DNA from: Eledone cirrhosa
Taxonomy: Eukaryota
NCBI GenBank assembly: GCA_964016885.1
Contig: OZ024741.1
Coordinates: 250,480,001-250,544,000, forward strand
Length of the DNA stretch: 64,000 nt
Direction: 5' to 3'
Shown here piece after piece: positions 34,790 through 49,500 of the stretch. The number at the start of each line of letters is the position of its first letter. The first letter of the stretch is position 1. The translations under genes were made by a program, and so were the position numbers. The notes below the pieces were generated by a model. The model worked only from the letters and a program-made list of their open reading frames with translations, was not told where the DNA came from and made no database searches.

Positions 34790-37700
34790 GTACATATATA
34801 TATATATAAATCCCATTAAAAACCACATTAAAAATTCAATTAAAAATCTATTTTGAAAAACCCATTAAAAACCCCATTATAAGCTCATAAAACACTCCAT
34901 TAAAACCCCAACCAAACCCCCCATTAAAACACAATTAAAACATCATTAAGAATGCCAATAAAAGCGCCATTAAAAACCACATTGGAAACCCATAAAAACC
35001 CAATTAAAACAAAATTAAAGTTTCCATTAAAAGTCCCCATTAAAACTCCATTAAAACCCCCATTAACCCCCCTCGAAAAGACATTAAAACCTCAAATTTA
35101 AACCGAAATAAAAACTCAATTAAAACGCAATTAAAAACTCAATTAAAACACCATTAAAAACACAATTAAAAGCCCATTAAACCAATTAAAATTGCATTAA
35201 CACACCACTAAGGTTCCATTGGAAAACCATTAAAAATGTCATTAAAAACTACACTGAAAACCCATTAAACCCCCATTAAAAGCGCACCCAAAACTTTATA
35301 AAAAACCAAATAAAAACCCCATTAAAATACCATTAAAACGGCATAAAACACCATTAAAACTACATTAAAACTCAATTAAAAATTCCATTTAAATCTCCAT
35401 TATAAACTCAATTAAAACTCCATTAAAACTCAATTAAAAACTCCATTAAAAACACACACACATGAAGTTACATGCTGGCTTGCACACTTATAGCGATTGC
35501 TATTTCCTTTTAATTTCATTAAAACTAGGATGTTTTAGAAAGATAAAAACAAAACTGAATAATGAAGAGACTAGGGAGGGGTAAAGAAAGGCAGATCAGG
35601 CTGTAGAGGACAGTAGGGGGAGAAGAGGGAAGAGACTTGGGAGGGGTAAAGAAAGGCAGATCTGGCTGTAGAGGACAGTAGGGGGAGAAGAGGGAGAAAT
35701 AAACTAAATTATAAACTAAGTTATAAACTAAATTATAAACTAAATTAAAAACTCAATAAAATAAAATAAAATAAAATAAAATAAAATAAAATAAAATAAA
35801 ATAAAATAAAATAAAATAAAATAAAATAAAATAAAATAAAATAAAATAAAATAAAATAAAATAAAAAATAAAATAAAATAAAATAAAATAAAATAAAATA
35901 AAATAAAATAAAAAAAAATAAAATAAAATAAAATAAAATAAAATAAAAAAAAAAAAAAAAAAAAAAAAATAAAATAAAAAAAACTAAAAAATATAAATAA
36001 AATAAAATAAAATAAATAAAATAAAATAAAATAAAATAAAATAAAATAAATAAAAATAAAATAAAATAAAAGAAAATAAAAAAAAATTAAATATAAAAAA
36101 TAAATAAAATAAAATAAGAACTCAATTAAAAACTCAGTAAAAACTCAATTAAAAACTCAATTAAAAACTCAATCGAAGCACCATTAAAACACCATTAAAA
36201 ACTCCACTATAAACCCACTAAACCCATTAAAAACCAATTAAAAATTCAATTACACATCCCATTAGAAATTTCATTAAAAACTCAATTAAAAGTTCCATTG
36301 AAAACACATTCAAAACCCATTAACCCCATATTAAAAGTTCATAAAACTCTATTAAAAACCCAATAACAAACCAATTAAAACGCCATTAAAACGCCACAAA
36401 ACACAATAAAATGTCATAAAAACGCCATTAAAACATCACAAAAAGCCCAATTAAAAAACCATTAATAATGTCATTAAAAATTCCATAAAAATCCATTAAA
36501 AACTCCACTAAAAGCCCATTAAAAAGTTCATTAAAAGCCATATTATAAATTTCATAAAAAACAATTGAAAACCCCATTATTTATGAGCCTTTTTTTATGA
36601 GTTTTTAATAGTGTTTTAATTCAGTTTTTAATTGCGTTTAAAATTGGGTTTTAATGGCTTTTTAATGGTGTTTTAATGGGATTTTCGATGGTGTTTGATG
36701 GGTTTTTTATGGAGTTTTTAACTGAATTTTTATGAGTTTTTAAATGGGTTTTTAATGGAATTTTTGATTGCGTTTTTAATGAAATTTTTAATAGATTCAA
36801 GGATGTTTTAATGGAGTTTTTAATGGTCTTTTTAATGGCGTTTTAATTGTGTTTTTATGGTGTTTAAATGCGTTTTAATGATTTTTAATTGGGTTTTTAA
36901 TGGAGTATTTTTAATGAGCTCTTAATGGATTTTTCAATTGGATACTTAATGGGTTTTAATGGAATTTATAATAAGGGTTCTAATTGACTTTAAATATGAT
37001 TTTTAATGGGGTTTTAATTGAATTTTTAATGGTGTTTTCAATGTAATTTTTAATGATAGTTTAATGGTGTTTTAATGACGTTTTAATTGTGTTTTTTATG
37101 GTGTTTTAGTGACGTTTAAATAGGATTTTTAATTGGTTTTTTAATTGAGTATTTATATGAGTTTTCACTGGTGTTTTTAATGGGTTTTTCAATATTGCAT
37201 TTAATGAAATTTTTAATATGGTTTCAAATGGAATTTTTAATGTGTTTTTAATTGGGTTTCTAGTGACGTTTTTAATGGTACTTTAAATGACGTTTTAATG
37301 ACTTTTATGGCGTTTTAATGGGTTTTTTAATTGGGTTTTTAATGTAGTTTTTTAAAAGATCTTTACTTGGGATTTTATGGGTTTTCAATGCGGTTTTTAA
37401 TGGTATATTAATGGAGTTTTTGGTGTGGTTGTTAATGGTATTAGTGACATTTTAATGTGTTTTTAATGGTGTTTTAAGCGAGTTTCTGATTTAGTTTAAA
37501 TTTAAATATTTGATGGTCCTTCTAATGGGCTTTAATGGATGTGTAATGTGTTTAATGCAATTTTAATGGGGTTTAATGGGGGTAGTAGGTTTCAATGGGT
37601 TTTAATGGAGTTTTAATGGCTAGTGCTCTTTTTTAAAGAGTTTTTAATGGTGTTTTTAATGGTTTTTCATTGAGCTTTTAATTGCGTTTTTAATCTAGTT

Positions 37701-39639
37701 TAAAAATTGAGTTTTAATGGGTTTTTCAATTAGGTTTTTAATGGATTTATAATGGTGTTTTTTACGGACCCTTTAATTTTTTATAATGGGTTTTCAATGC
37801 CGTTTTAATGGTGTTTTTTAATGGTATCCTTAATGACGCTTCGATAAGTTTCAATGTTATTTTAATGGGGTTTTGATTGATTTTTTAATGGAGTTTTTTT
37901 AATGAACTTTTATTGGGGTTTTCAATCAGGTTTTTAACTGAATTTTTAATGTTTTTCAATTAGATTTTTTATGGAGTTTTTATGGGCTTTTTAATGAGTT
38001 TTTAATGGTGTGCTAATTGAGTTTCAATTACCTTTTTAATTGAGTATAAAATCGAGTTTTTACTAAGTTTTTAATGAATTTTTAATGGAATTTTAATGGG
38101 GGTTTCCAATGGACTTTTAATTGTGTTTTAATGGGGTTTTAAAATTGGTTTTTAGTTGCATTTTTCAGGGGCTTTTAATGGGGCTTAATGGGGGTTTAAT
38201 GGGGGATTTAATTGAGTTTTTAATGGAGTTTAATAGAGTTTATAATGGAGGTTTTAATGGAGTTTTTAATGAAGTTTTAATGTAGTTTTTAATGAGGTTT
38301 TTAATGACGATTTTAATGGCGTTCTTAATGGCGTTTTAATGGTATTTTATGGCATTTTAATGACGGTTGTAATGGTTTTTAATGGAGTGTTAATTGGTTA
38401 TTAATTGTATTTTAATGGGTTTTATGAGCTTTTTAATGGGCTTTTTAGTGATGTTTTTAATGGAGTTTTTAATGGGTCTTTTAATGGAATTTGCAATGTA
38501 TTTTTTAATGGTGTTTTCAATTGTATTTTTAATGACGTTTTAATGGTGTTTTTTATGGCGTTTTAATAGGATTTTTAATTGGTTTTTTAAAGGACTATTA
38601 TTATGGGTTTTTTATGTAATTTTATAATGGGATTTTCAGTAGGGTTTTTAATTGGATTTTTAATGGAGTTTATAATATGGTTTTTAATTGGATTTTTAAA
38701 GAATTTATAATTGCGGTTTTAATATAGTGTTTAATGGAGTATTTAATTGGTTTTTAATGGTAATTTTAATGGAGTGTTTAATGTGTTTTTAATGGGGGAG
38801 GAGGGGGGTAAAATGCAGTTTTTAATTGAGTTATCAATGGAGTTTTTAATGACATTTTTAATGACGTTTTAATAGCGTTTTATGACGTTTTAATGACGTT
38901 TTAATGGTTTTTTTATTGGGTTTTGGGAGTTTTTATGAGCTTCTAATTAGGTTTTAAATGGGGTTTTCAATGAGGTTTTTAGTGGAATTTTTAATGGGCC
39001 TTTAATGTATTTTTAATGGGATTTTAATGTTTTTTATGGCGTTTTTAATGGTATTTTAAATGCTGTTTTAATGTTTCTTTTATGGCCTTTTAATTGGGTT
39101 TTTGATTGAGTTTTTAATGAATTTTTTTTAACGAGAATTATGAAGTTTAATGGGTTTCCAGTGTGTTTTAAATGAAGTTTTTGATAATATTTTTAATGGA
39201 ATTTTAATGGCGGTTATGGGATTTTAATGGGTTCTGGTGGTATTTTTGTGGGTTTTAATGGGGTGTTAAATGGTTTTAATGTTGTTTTACTTGCGCTTTC
39301 GATTACGTTTACAATTAAGTTTTTACTGTTTTTAATTGGATTTTTAATGGATTTTAATGTGGTTTTTAATGGAATTTTAATGGTGTTTTAATATAGTTTT
39401 TAATGGGTTTCGGATGTAGCTTTTAATGGTGGTTTAGTGTGCTTTTTATTGGGTTTTTAATAAGTTTTTATGAGCTTTTCAATGGAGTTTTTAATGGTGT
39501 TTATATATATATATATATACATACATATATATGTATATATATATATTTACACATATATATGTGTATATATATATGTGTATATATATATTTACACATATAT
39601 ATGTGTATATATATATTTACACATATATATGTGTATTAA

Positions 39640-39670
<31 letters not shown>

Positions 39671-39671
39671 T

Positions 39672-39708
<37 letters not shown>

Positions 39709-39833
39709 TATATATATATATATATATATATTAAATATATATATATATATATATTAAATATATATATATATATATATATATTAAATATATATATATATAT
39801 ATATATATTAAATATATATATATATATATATAT

Positions 39834-39884
<51 letters not shown>

Positions 39885-40110
39885 TATATATATATATATA
39901 TATATATATTCCACTTTCATGTTACACACTATATATAAACTGGGATTTATATTTTGCGTTAGTGCCATATTAAGCTGACAACGATATATTCGTATCTTAA
40001 AAAATATTTTTTTTAGATCACATTGTTCTAGATATTATTAAAATTATTAAATCTATTTTCAATTTGCACGAACACTTGCATATACTACATACATACATTT
40101 ATATAGACAC

Positions 40111-40504
40111 TAACACAAATATTAGCATATACATAATTTCTTAGTCATTGAGGATGTGTTTTTATACATACATATGCATATTGCATACATACATACATAC
40201 ACACATACAAGCATATACATAGACATACACACACACATATATACACACACTGTATATATATATATACATGCACACACACACACATATATATATACACACA
40301 CACACACTATATATATATAGTGTGTGGTGTATATATATATATGTGTGTGTGTGTATGTATATATATACAGTGTGTGTATATATATGAGTGTGTATGTGTA
40401 TGTATATGCTTGTATGTGTGTATGTATGGATGCAATATGCATATGTATGTATAAAAAACACATCCTCAATTACTAAGAAAATATGTATATGCTAATATTT
40501 GTGT

Positions 40505-40506
<2 letters not shown>
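40111..40506. repeat. Palindrome copy 3 (396 bp)
   Basis: Same termini. Shares the private variants CATGCACAC and TATGAGTG with copy 2. Confidence 0.95.
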
Positions 40507-40536
<30 letters not shown>

Positions 40537-40599
40537 CGCACACACTATATATATATATATATATACATACACACTATATATATATATATACACACACAC

Positions 40600-40631
<32 letters not shown>

Positions 40632-43600
40632 GTACATATATATATATATAAATCCCATTAAAAACCACATTAAAAATTCAATTAAAAATCTATTTTGAAA
40701 AACCCATTAAAAACCCCATTATAAGCTCATAAAACACTCCATTAAAACCCCAACCAAACCCCCCATTAAAACACAATTAAAACATCATTAAGAATGCCAA
40801 TAAAAGCGCCATTAAAAACCACATTGGAAACCCATAAAAACCCAATTAAAACAAAATTAAAGTTTCCATTAAAAGTCCCCATTAAAACTCCATTAAAACC
40901 CCCATTAACCCCCCTCGAAAAGACATTAAAACCTCAAATTTAAACCGAAATAAAAACTCAATTAAAACGCAATTAAAAACTCAATTAAAACACCATTAAA
41001 AACACAATTAAAAGCCCATTAAACCAATTAAAATTGCATTAACACACCACTAAGGTTCCATTGGAAAACCATTAAAAATGTCATTAAAAACTACACTGAA
41101 AACCCATTAAACCCCCATTAAAAGCGCACCCAAAACTTTATAAAAAACCAAATAAAAACCCCATTAAAATACCATTAAAACGGCATAAAACACCATTAAA
41201 ACTACATTAAAACTCAATTAAAAATTCCATTTAAATCTCCATTATAAACTCAATTAAAACTCCATTAAAACTCAATTAAAAACTCCATTAAAAACACACA
41301 CACATGAAGTTACATGCTGGCTTGCACACTTATAGCGATTGCTATTTCCTTTTAATTTCATTAAAACTAGGATGTTTTAGAAAGATAAAAACAAAACTCA
41401 ATAATGAAGAGACTAGGGAGGGGTAAAGAAAGGCAGATCAGGCTGTAGAGGACAGTAGGGGGAGAAGAGGGAAGAGACTTGGGAGGGGTAAAGAAAGGCA
41501 GATCTGGCTGTAGAGGACAGTAGGGGGAGAAGAGGGAGAAATAAACTAAATTATAAACTAAGTTATAAACTAAATTATAAACTAAATTAAAAACTCAATA
41601 AAATAAAATAAAATAAAATAAAATAAAATAAAATAAAATAAAATAAAATAAAATAAAATAAAATAAAATAAAATAAAATAAAATAAAATAAAATAAAATA
41701 AAATAAAATAAAATAAAATAAAAAATAAAATAAAATAAAATAAAATAAAATAAAATAAAATAAAATAAAATAAAATAAAATTAAAAAAAAAAAAAATAAA
41801 AAAATAAAATAAAAAAAAAAAAAAAAAAAATAAAATAAAATAAAAAAAACTAAAAAATATAAATAAAATAAAATAAAATAAATAAAATAAAATAAAATAA
41901 AATAAAATAAAATAAATAAAAATAAAATAAAATAAAAGAAAATAAAAAAAAATTAAATATAAAAAATAAATAAAATAAAATAAGAACTCAATTAAAAACT
42001 CAGTAAAAACTCAATTAAAAACTCAATTAAAAACTCAATCGAAGCACCATTAAAACACCATTAAAAACTCCACTATAAACCCACTAAACCCATTAAAAAC
42101 CAATTAAAAATTCAATTACACATCCCATTAGAAATTTCATTAAAAACTCAATTAAAAGTTCCATTGAAAACACATTCAAAACCCATTAACCCCATATTAA
42201 AAGTTCATAAAACTCTATTAAAAACCCAATAACAAACCAATTAAAACGCCATTAAAACGCCACAAAACACAATAAAATGTCATAAAAACGCCATTAAAAC
42301 ATCACAAAAAGCCCAATTAAAAAACCATTAATAATGTCATTAAAAATTCCATAAAAATCCATTAAAAACTCCACTAAAAGCCCATTAAAAAGTTCATTAA
42401 AAGCCATATTATAAATTTCATAAAAAACAATTGAAAACCCCATTATTTATGAGCCTTTTTTTATGAGTTTTTAATAGTGTTTTAATTCAGTTTTTAATTG
42501 CGTTTAAAATTGGGTTTTAATGGCTTTTTAATGGTGTTTTAATGGGATTTTCGATGGTGTTTGATGGGTTTTTTATGGAGTTTTTAATTGGGTTTTCAAT
42601 GGTGTTGTTTATGAGTTTTTAAATGGGTTTTTAATGGAATTTTTGATTGCGTTTTTAATGAAATTTTTAATAGATTCAAGGATGTTTTAATGGAGTTTTT
42701 AATGGTCTTTTTAATGGCGTTTTAATTGTGTTTTTATGGTGTTTAAATGCGTTTTAATGATTTTTAATTGGGTTTTTAATGGAGTATTTTTAATGAGCTC
42801 TTAATGGATTTTTCAATTGGATACTTAATGGGTTTTAATGGAATTTATAATAAGGGTTCTAATTGACTTTAAATATGATTTTTAATGGGGTTTTAATTGA
42901 ATTTTTAATGGTGTTTTCAATGTAATTTTTAATGATAGTTTAATGGTGTTTTAATGACGTTTTAATTGTGTTTTTTATGGTGTTTTAGTGACGTTTAAAT
43001 AGGATTTTTAATTGGTTTTTTAATTGAGTATTTATATGAGTTTTCACTGGTGTTTTTAATGGGTTTTTCAATATTGCATTTAATGAAATTTTTAATATGG
43101 TTTCAAATGGAATTTTTAATGTGTTTTTAATTGGGTTTCTAGTGACGTTTTTAATGGTACTTTAAATGACGTTTTAATGACTTTTATGGCGTTTTAATGG
43201 GTTTTTTAATTGGGTTTTTAATGTAGTTTTTTAAAAGATCTTTACTTGGGATTTTATGGGTTTTCAATGCGGTTTTTAATGGTATATTAATGGAGTTTTT
43301 GGTGTGGTTGTTAATGGTATTAGTGACATTTTAATGTGTTTTTAATGGTGTTTTAAGCGAGTTTCTGATTTAGTTTAAATTTAAATATTTGATGGTCCTT
43401 CTAATGGGCTTTAATGGATGTGTAATGTGTTTAATGCAATTTTAATGGGGTTTAATGGGGGTAGTAGGTTTCAATGGGTTTTAATGGAGTTTTAATGGCT
43501 AGTGCTCTTTTTTAAAGAGTTTTTAATGGTGTTTTTAATGGTTTTTCATTGAGCTTTTAATTGCGTTTTTAATCTAGTTTAAAAATTGAGTTTTAATGGG

Positions 43601-45517
43601 TTTTTCAATTAGGTTTTTAATGGATTTATAATGGTGTTTTTTACGGACCCTTTAATTTTTTATAATGGGTTTTCAATGCCGTTTTAATGGTGTTTTTAAT
43701 GGTATCCTTAATGACGCTTCGATAAGTTTCAATGTTATTTTAATGGGGTTTTGATTGATTTTTTAATGGAGTTTTTTTAATGAACTTTTATTGGGGTTTT
43801 CAATCAGGTTTTTAACTGAATTTTTAATGTTTTTCAATTAGATTTTTTATGTAGTTTTTATGGGCTTTTTAATGAGTTTTTAATGGTGTGCTAATTGAGC
43901 TTTCAATTACCTTTTTAATTGAGTATAAAATCGAGTTTTTACTAAGTTTTTAATGAATTTTTAATGGAATTTTAATGGGGTTTCCAATGGACTTTTAATT
44001 GTGTTTTAATGGGGTTTTAAAATTTGTTTTTAGTTGCATTTTTCAGGGGCTTTTAATGGGGCTTAATGGGGGTTTAATGGGGGATTTAATTGAGTTTTTA
44101 ATGGAGTTTAATAGAGTTTATAATGGAGGTTTTAATGGAGTTTTTAATGAAGTTTTAATGTAGTTTTTAATGAGGTTTTTAATGACGATTTTAATGGCGT
44201 TCTTAATGGCGTTTTAATGGTATTTTATGGCATTTTAATGACTGTTGTAATGGTTTTTAATGGAGTGTTAATTGGTTATTAATTGTATTTTAATGGGTTT
44301 TATGAGCTTTTTAATGGACTTTTTAGTGGTGTTTTTAATGGAGTTTTTAATGGGTCTTTTAATGGAATTTGCAATGTAGTTTTTAATGGTGTTTTCAATT
44401 GTATTTTTAATGACGTTTTAATGGTGTTTTTTATGGCGTTTTAATAGGATTTTTAATTGGTTTTTTTAAGGACTATTATTATGGGTTTTTTATGTAATTT
44501 TATAATGGGATTTTCAGTAGGGTTTTTAATTGGATTTTTAATGGAGTTTATAATATGGTTTTTAATTGGATTTTTAAAGAATTTATAATTGCGGTTTTAA
44601 TATAGTGTTTAATGGAGTATTTAATTGGTTTTTAATGGTAATTTTAATGGAGTGTTTAATGTGTTTTTAATGGGGGGAGGGGGGTAAAATGCAGTTTTTA
44701 ATTGAGTTATCAATGGAGTTTTTAATGACATTTTTAATGACGTTTTAATAGCGTTTTATGACGTTTTAATGACGTTTTAATGGTTTTTTTATTGGGTTTT
44801 GGGAGTTTTTATGAGCTTCTAATTAGGTTTTAAATGGGGTTTTCAATGAGGTTTTTAGTGGAATTTTTAATGGGCCTTTAATGTATTTTTAATGGGATTT
44901 TAATGTTTTTTATGGCGTTTTTAATGGTATTTTAAATGCTGTTTTAATGTTTCTTTTATGGCCTTTTAATTGGGTTTTTGATTGAGTTTTTAATGGATTT
45001 TTTTTAACGAGAATTATGAAGTTTAATGGGTTTCCAGTGTGTTTTAAATGAAGTTTTTGATAATATTTTTAATGGCATTTTAATGGCGGTTATGGGATTT
45101 TAATGGGTTCTGGTGGTATTTTTGTGGGTTTTAATGGGGTGTTAAATGGTTTTAATGTTGTTTTACTTGCGCTTTCGATTACGTTTACAATTAAGTTTTT
45201 ACTGTTTTTTATTGGATTTTTAATGGATTTCAATGTGGTTTTTAATGGAATTTTAATGGTGTTTTAATATAGTTTTTAATGGGTTTCGGATGTAGCTTTT
45301 AATGGTGGTTTAGTGTGCTTTTTATTGGGTTTTTAATGAGTTTTTATGAGCTTTTCAATGGAGTTTTTAATGGTGTTTATATATATATATATACATACAT
45401 ACATATATATGTATATATATATATTTACACATATATATGTGTATATATATATGTGTATATATATATTTACACATATATATGTGTATATATATATTTACAC
45501 ATATATATGTGTATTAA

Positions 45518-45550
<33 letters not shown>

Positions 45551-45551
45551 T

Positions 45552-45588
<37 letters not shown>

Positions 45589-45746
45589 TATATATATATA
45601 TATATATATATATTAAATATATATATATATATATATATTAAATATATATATATATATATATATTAAATATATATATATATATATATATATTAAATATATA
45701 TATATATATATATATATATTAAATATATATATATATATATATATAT

Positions 45747-45787
<41 letters not shown>

Positions 45788-45983
45788 CACTTTCATGTTA
45801 CACACTATATATAAACTGGGATTTATATTTTGCGTTAGTGCCATATTAAGCTGACAACGATATATTCGTATCTTAAAAAATATTTTTTTTAGATCACATT
45901 GTTCTAGATATTAAAATTATTAAATCTATTTTCAATTTGCACGAACACTTGCATATACTACATACATACATTTATATAGACAC

Positions 45984-46373
45984 TAACACAAATATTAGCA
46001 TATACATAATTTCTTAGTCATTGAGGATGTGTTTTTATATATGCATATTGCATACATATATACATACACACATACAAGCATATACATAGACATACACACA
46101 CACATATATACACACACTGTATATATATATATACATACACACACACACACATATATATATACACACACACACTATATATATATATAGTGTGTGGTGTATA
46201 TATATATATGTGTGTGTGTGTGTATGTATATATATACAGTGTGTGTATATATATGTGTGTGTATGTGTATGTATATGCTTGTATGTGTGTATGTATGGAT
46301 GCAATATGCATATGTATGTATAAAAAACACATCCTCAATTACTAAGAAAATATGTATATGCTAATATTTGTGT

Positions 46374-46375
<2 letters not shown>
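45984..46375. repeat. Palindrome copy 4 (392 bp)
   Basis: Same termini, with a small deletion in the left arm near 46037. Confidence 0.95.
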
Positions 46376-46405
<30 letters not shown>

Positions 46406-46470
46406 CGCACACACTATATATATATATATATATATACATACACACTATATATATATATATACACACAAAC

Positions 46471-46521
<51 letters not shown>

Positions 46522-49500
46522 AATCCCATTAAAAACCACATTAAAAATTCAATTAAAAATCTATTTTGAAAAACCCATTAAAAACCCCATTATAAGCTCA
46601 TAAAACACTCCATTAAAACCCCAACCAAACCCCCCATTAAAACACAATTAAAACATCATTAAGAATGCCAATAAAAGCGCCATTAAAAACCACATTGGAA
46701 ACCCATAAAAACCCAATTAAAACAAAATTAAAGTTTCCATTAAAAGTCACCATTAAAACTCCATTAAAACCCCCATTAACCCCCCCTCGAAAAGACATTA
46801 AAACCTCAAATTTAAACCGAAATAAAAACTCAATTAAAACGCAATTAAAATCTCAATTAAAACACCATTAAAAACACAATTAAAAGCCCATTAAACCAAT
46901 TAAAATTGCATTAACACACCACTAAGGTTCCATTGGAAAACCATTAAAAATGTCATTAAAAACTACACTGAAAACCCATTAAACCCCCATTAAAAGCGCA
47001 CCCAAAACTTTATAAAAAACCAAATAAAAACCCCATTAAAATACCATTAAAACGGCATAAAACACCATTAAAACTACATTAAAACTCAATTAAAAATTCC
47101 ATTTAAATCTCCATTATAAACTCAATTAAAACTCCATTAAAACTCAATTAAAAACTCCATTAAAAACACACACACATGAAGTTACATGCTGGCTTGCACA
47201 CTTATAGCGATTGCTATTTCCTTTTAATTTCATTAAAACTAGGATGTTTTAGAAAGATAAAAACAAAACTGAATAATGAAGAGACTAGGGAGGGGTAAAG
47301 AAAGGCAGATCAGGCTGTAGAGGACAGTAGGGGGAGAAGAGGGAAGAGACTTGGGAGGGGTAAAGAAAGGCAGATCTGGCTGTAGAGGACAGTAGGGGGA
47401 GAAGAGGGAGAAATAAACTAAATTATAAACTAAGTTATAAACTAAATTATAAACTAAATTAAAAACTCAATAAAATAAAATAAAATAAAATAAAATAAAA
47501 TAAAATAAAATAAAATAAAATAAAATAAAATAAAATAAAATAAAATAAAATAAAAAATAAAATAAAATAAAATAAAATAAAATAAAATAAAATAAAATAA
47601 AATAAAATAAAAAAAATAAAATAAAATAAAATAAAAAAAACTAAAAAATATAAATAAAATAAAATAAAATAAATAAAATAAAATAAAATAAAATAAAATA
47701 AATAAAAATAAAATAAAATAAAAAAAAAAAAAAATTAAATATAAAAAATAAATAAAATAAAATAAAATAAGAACTCAATTAAAAACTCAGTAAAAACTCA
47801 ATTAAAAACTCAATTAAAAACTCAATCGAAGCACCATTAAAACACCATTAAAAACTCCACTATAAACCCACTAAACCCATTAAAAACCAATTAAAAATTC
47901 AATTACACATCCCATTAGAAATTTCATTAAAAACTCAATTAAAAGTTCCATTGAAAACACATTCAAAACCCATTAACCCCATATTAAAAGTTCATAAAAC
48001 TCTATTAAAAACCCAATAACAAACCAATTAAAACGCCACAAAACACAATAAAATGTCATAAAAACGCCATTAAAACATCACAAAAAGCCCAATTAAAAAA
48101 CCATTAATAATGTCATTAAAAATTGCATAAAAATCCATTAAAAACTCCACTAAAAGCCCATTAAAAAGTTCATTAAAAGCCATATTATAAATTTCATAAA
48201 AAACAATTGAAAACCCCATTATTTATGAGCCTTTTTTTTATGAGTTTTTAATAGTGTTTTAATTCAGTTTTTAATTGCGTTTAAAATTGGGTTTTAATGG
48301 CTTTTTAATGGTGTTTTAATGGGATTTTCGATGGTGTTTAATGGGTTTTTTATGGAGTTTTTAATTGGGTTTTCAATGGTGTTGTTTATGAGTTTTTAAA
48401 TGGGTTTTTAATGGAATTTTTGATTGCGTTTTTAATGAAATTTTTAATAGATTCAAGGATGTTTTAATGGAGTTTTTAATGGCGTTTTAATTGTGTTTTT
48501 ATGGTGTTTAAATGCGTTTTAATGATTTTTAATTGGGTTTTTAATGGAGTATTTTTAATGAGCTCTTAATGGATTTTTCAATTGGATACTTAATGGGTTT
48601 TAATGGAATTTATAATAAGGGTTCTAATTGACTTTAAATATGATTTTTAATGGAGTTTTTAATGAAATTTCTAATGGTGTTTTTAATTGCGTTTCCCCCC
48701 GTGAGGGTTTTAATGGCATTTTAAATGACATTTTAATGAGTTTTTATGATGTTTTAATGGCGTTGTAATTGTTTTTTATTGGGTTTTTAATATAATTTTG
48801 TATGAGCTTTTAATGGGGGTTTTCAATGTTGTTTTTAATGGAGTGTTTAATGGAATTTTAATGGGGGTTTGATAAAAAAAATTAATTGCTTTTTAATTTA
48901 ATTTTTAATGCGTTTTTGATGGTGTTTAAGTGCGTTCATGATGATCTTTTTAATGGATTTTTAATGGGGTTTTAATTGAATTTTTAATGGTGTTTTCAAT
49001 GTAATTTTTAATGATAGTTTAATGGTGTTTTAATGACGTTTTAATTGTGTTTTTTATGGTGTTTTAGTGACGTTTAAATAGGATTTTTAATTGGTTTTTT
49101 AATTGAGTATTTATATGAGTTTTCATTGGTGTTTTTAATGGGTTTTTCAATATTGCATTTAATGAAATTTTTAATATGGTTTCAAATGGAATTTTTAATG
49201 TGTTTTTAATTGGGTTTCTAGTGACGTTTTTAATGGTACTTTAAATGACGTTTTAATGACTTTTATGGCGTTTTAATGGGTTTTTTAATTGGGTTTTTAA
49301 TGTAGTTTTTTAAAAGATCTTTACTTGGGATTTTATGGGTTTTCAATGCGGTTTTTAATGGTATATTAATGGAGTTTTTGGTGTGGTTGTTAATGGTATT
49401 AGTGACATTTTAATGTGTTTTTAATGGTGTTTTAAGCGAGTTTCTGATTTAGTTTAAATTTAAATATTTGATGGTCCTTCTAATGGGCTTTAATGGATGT

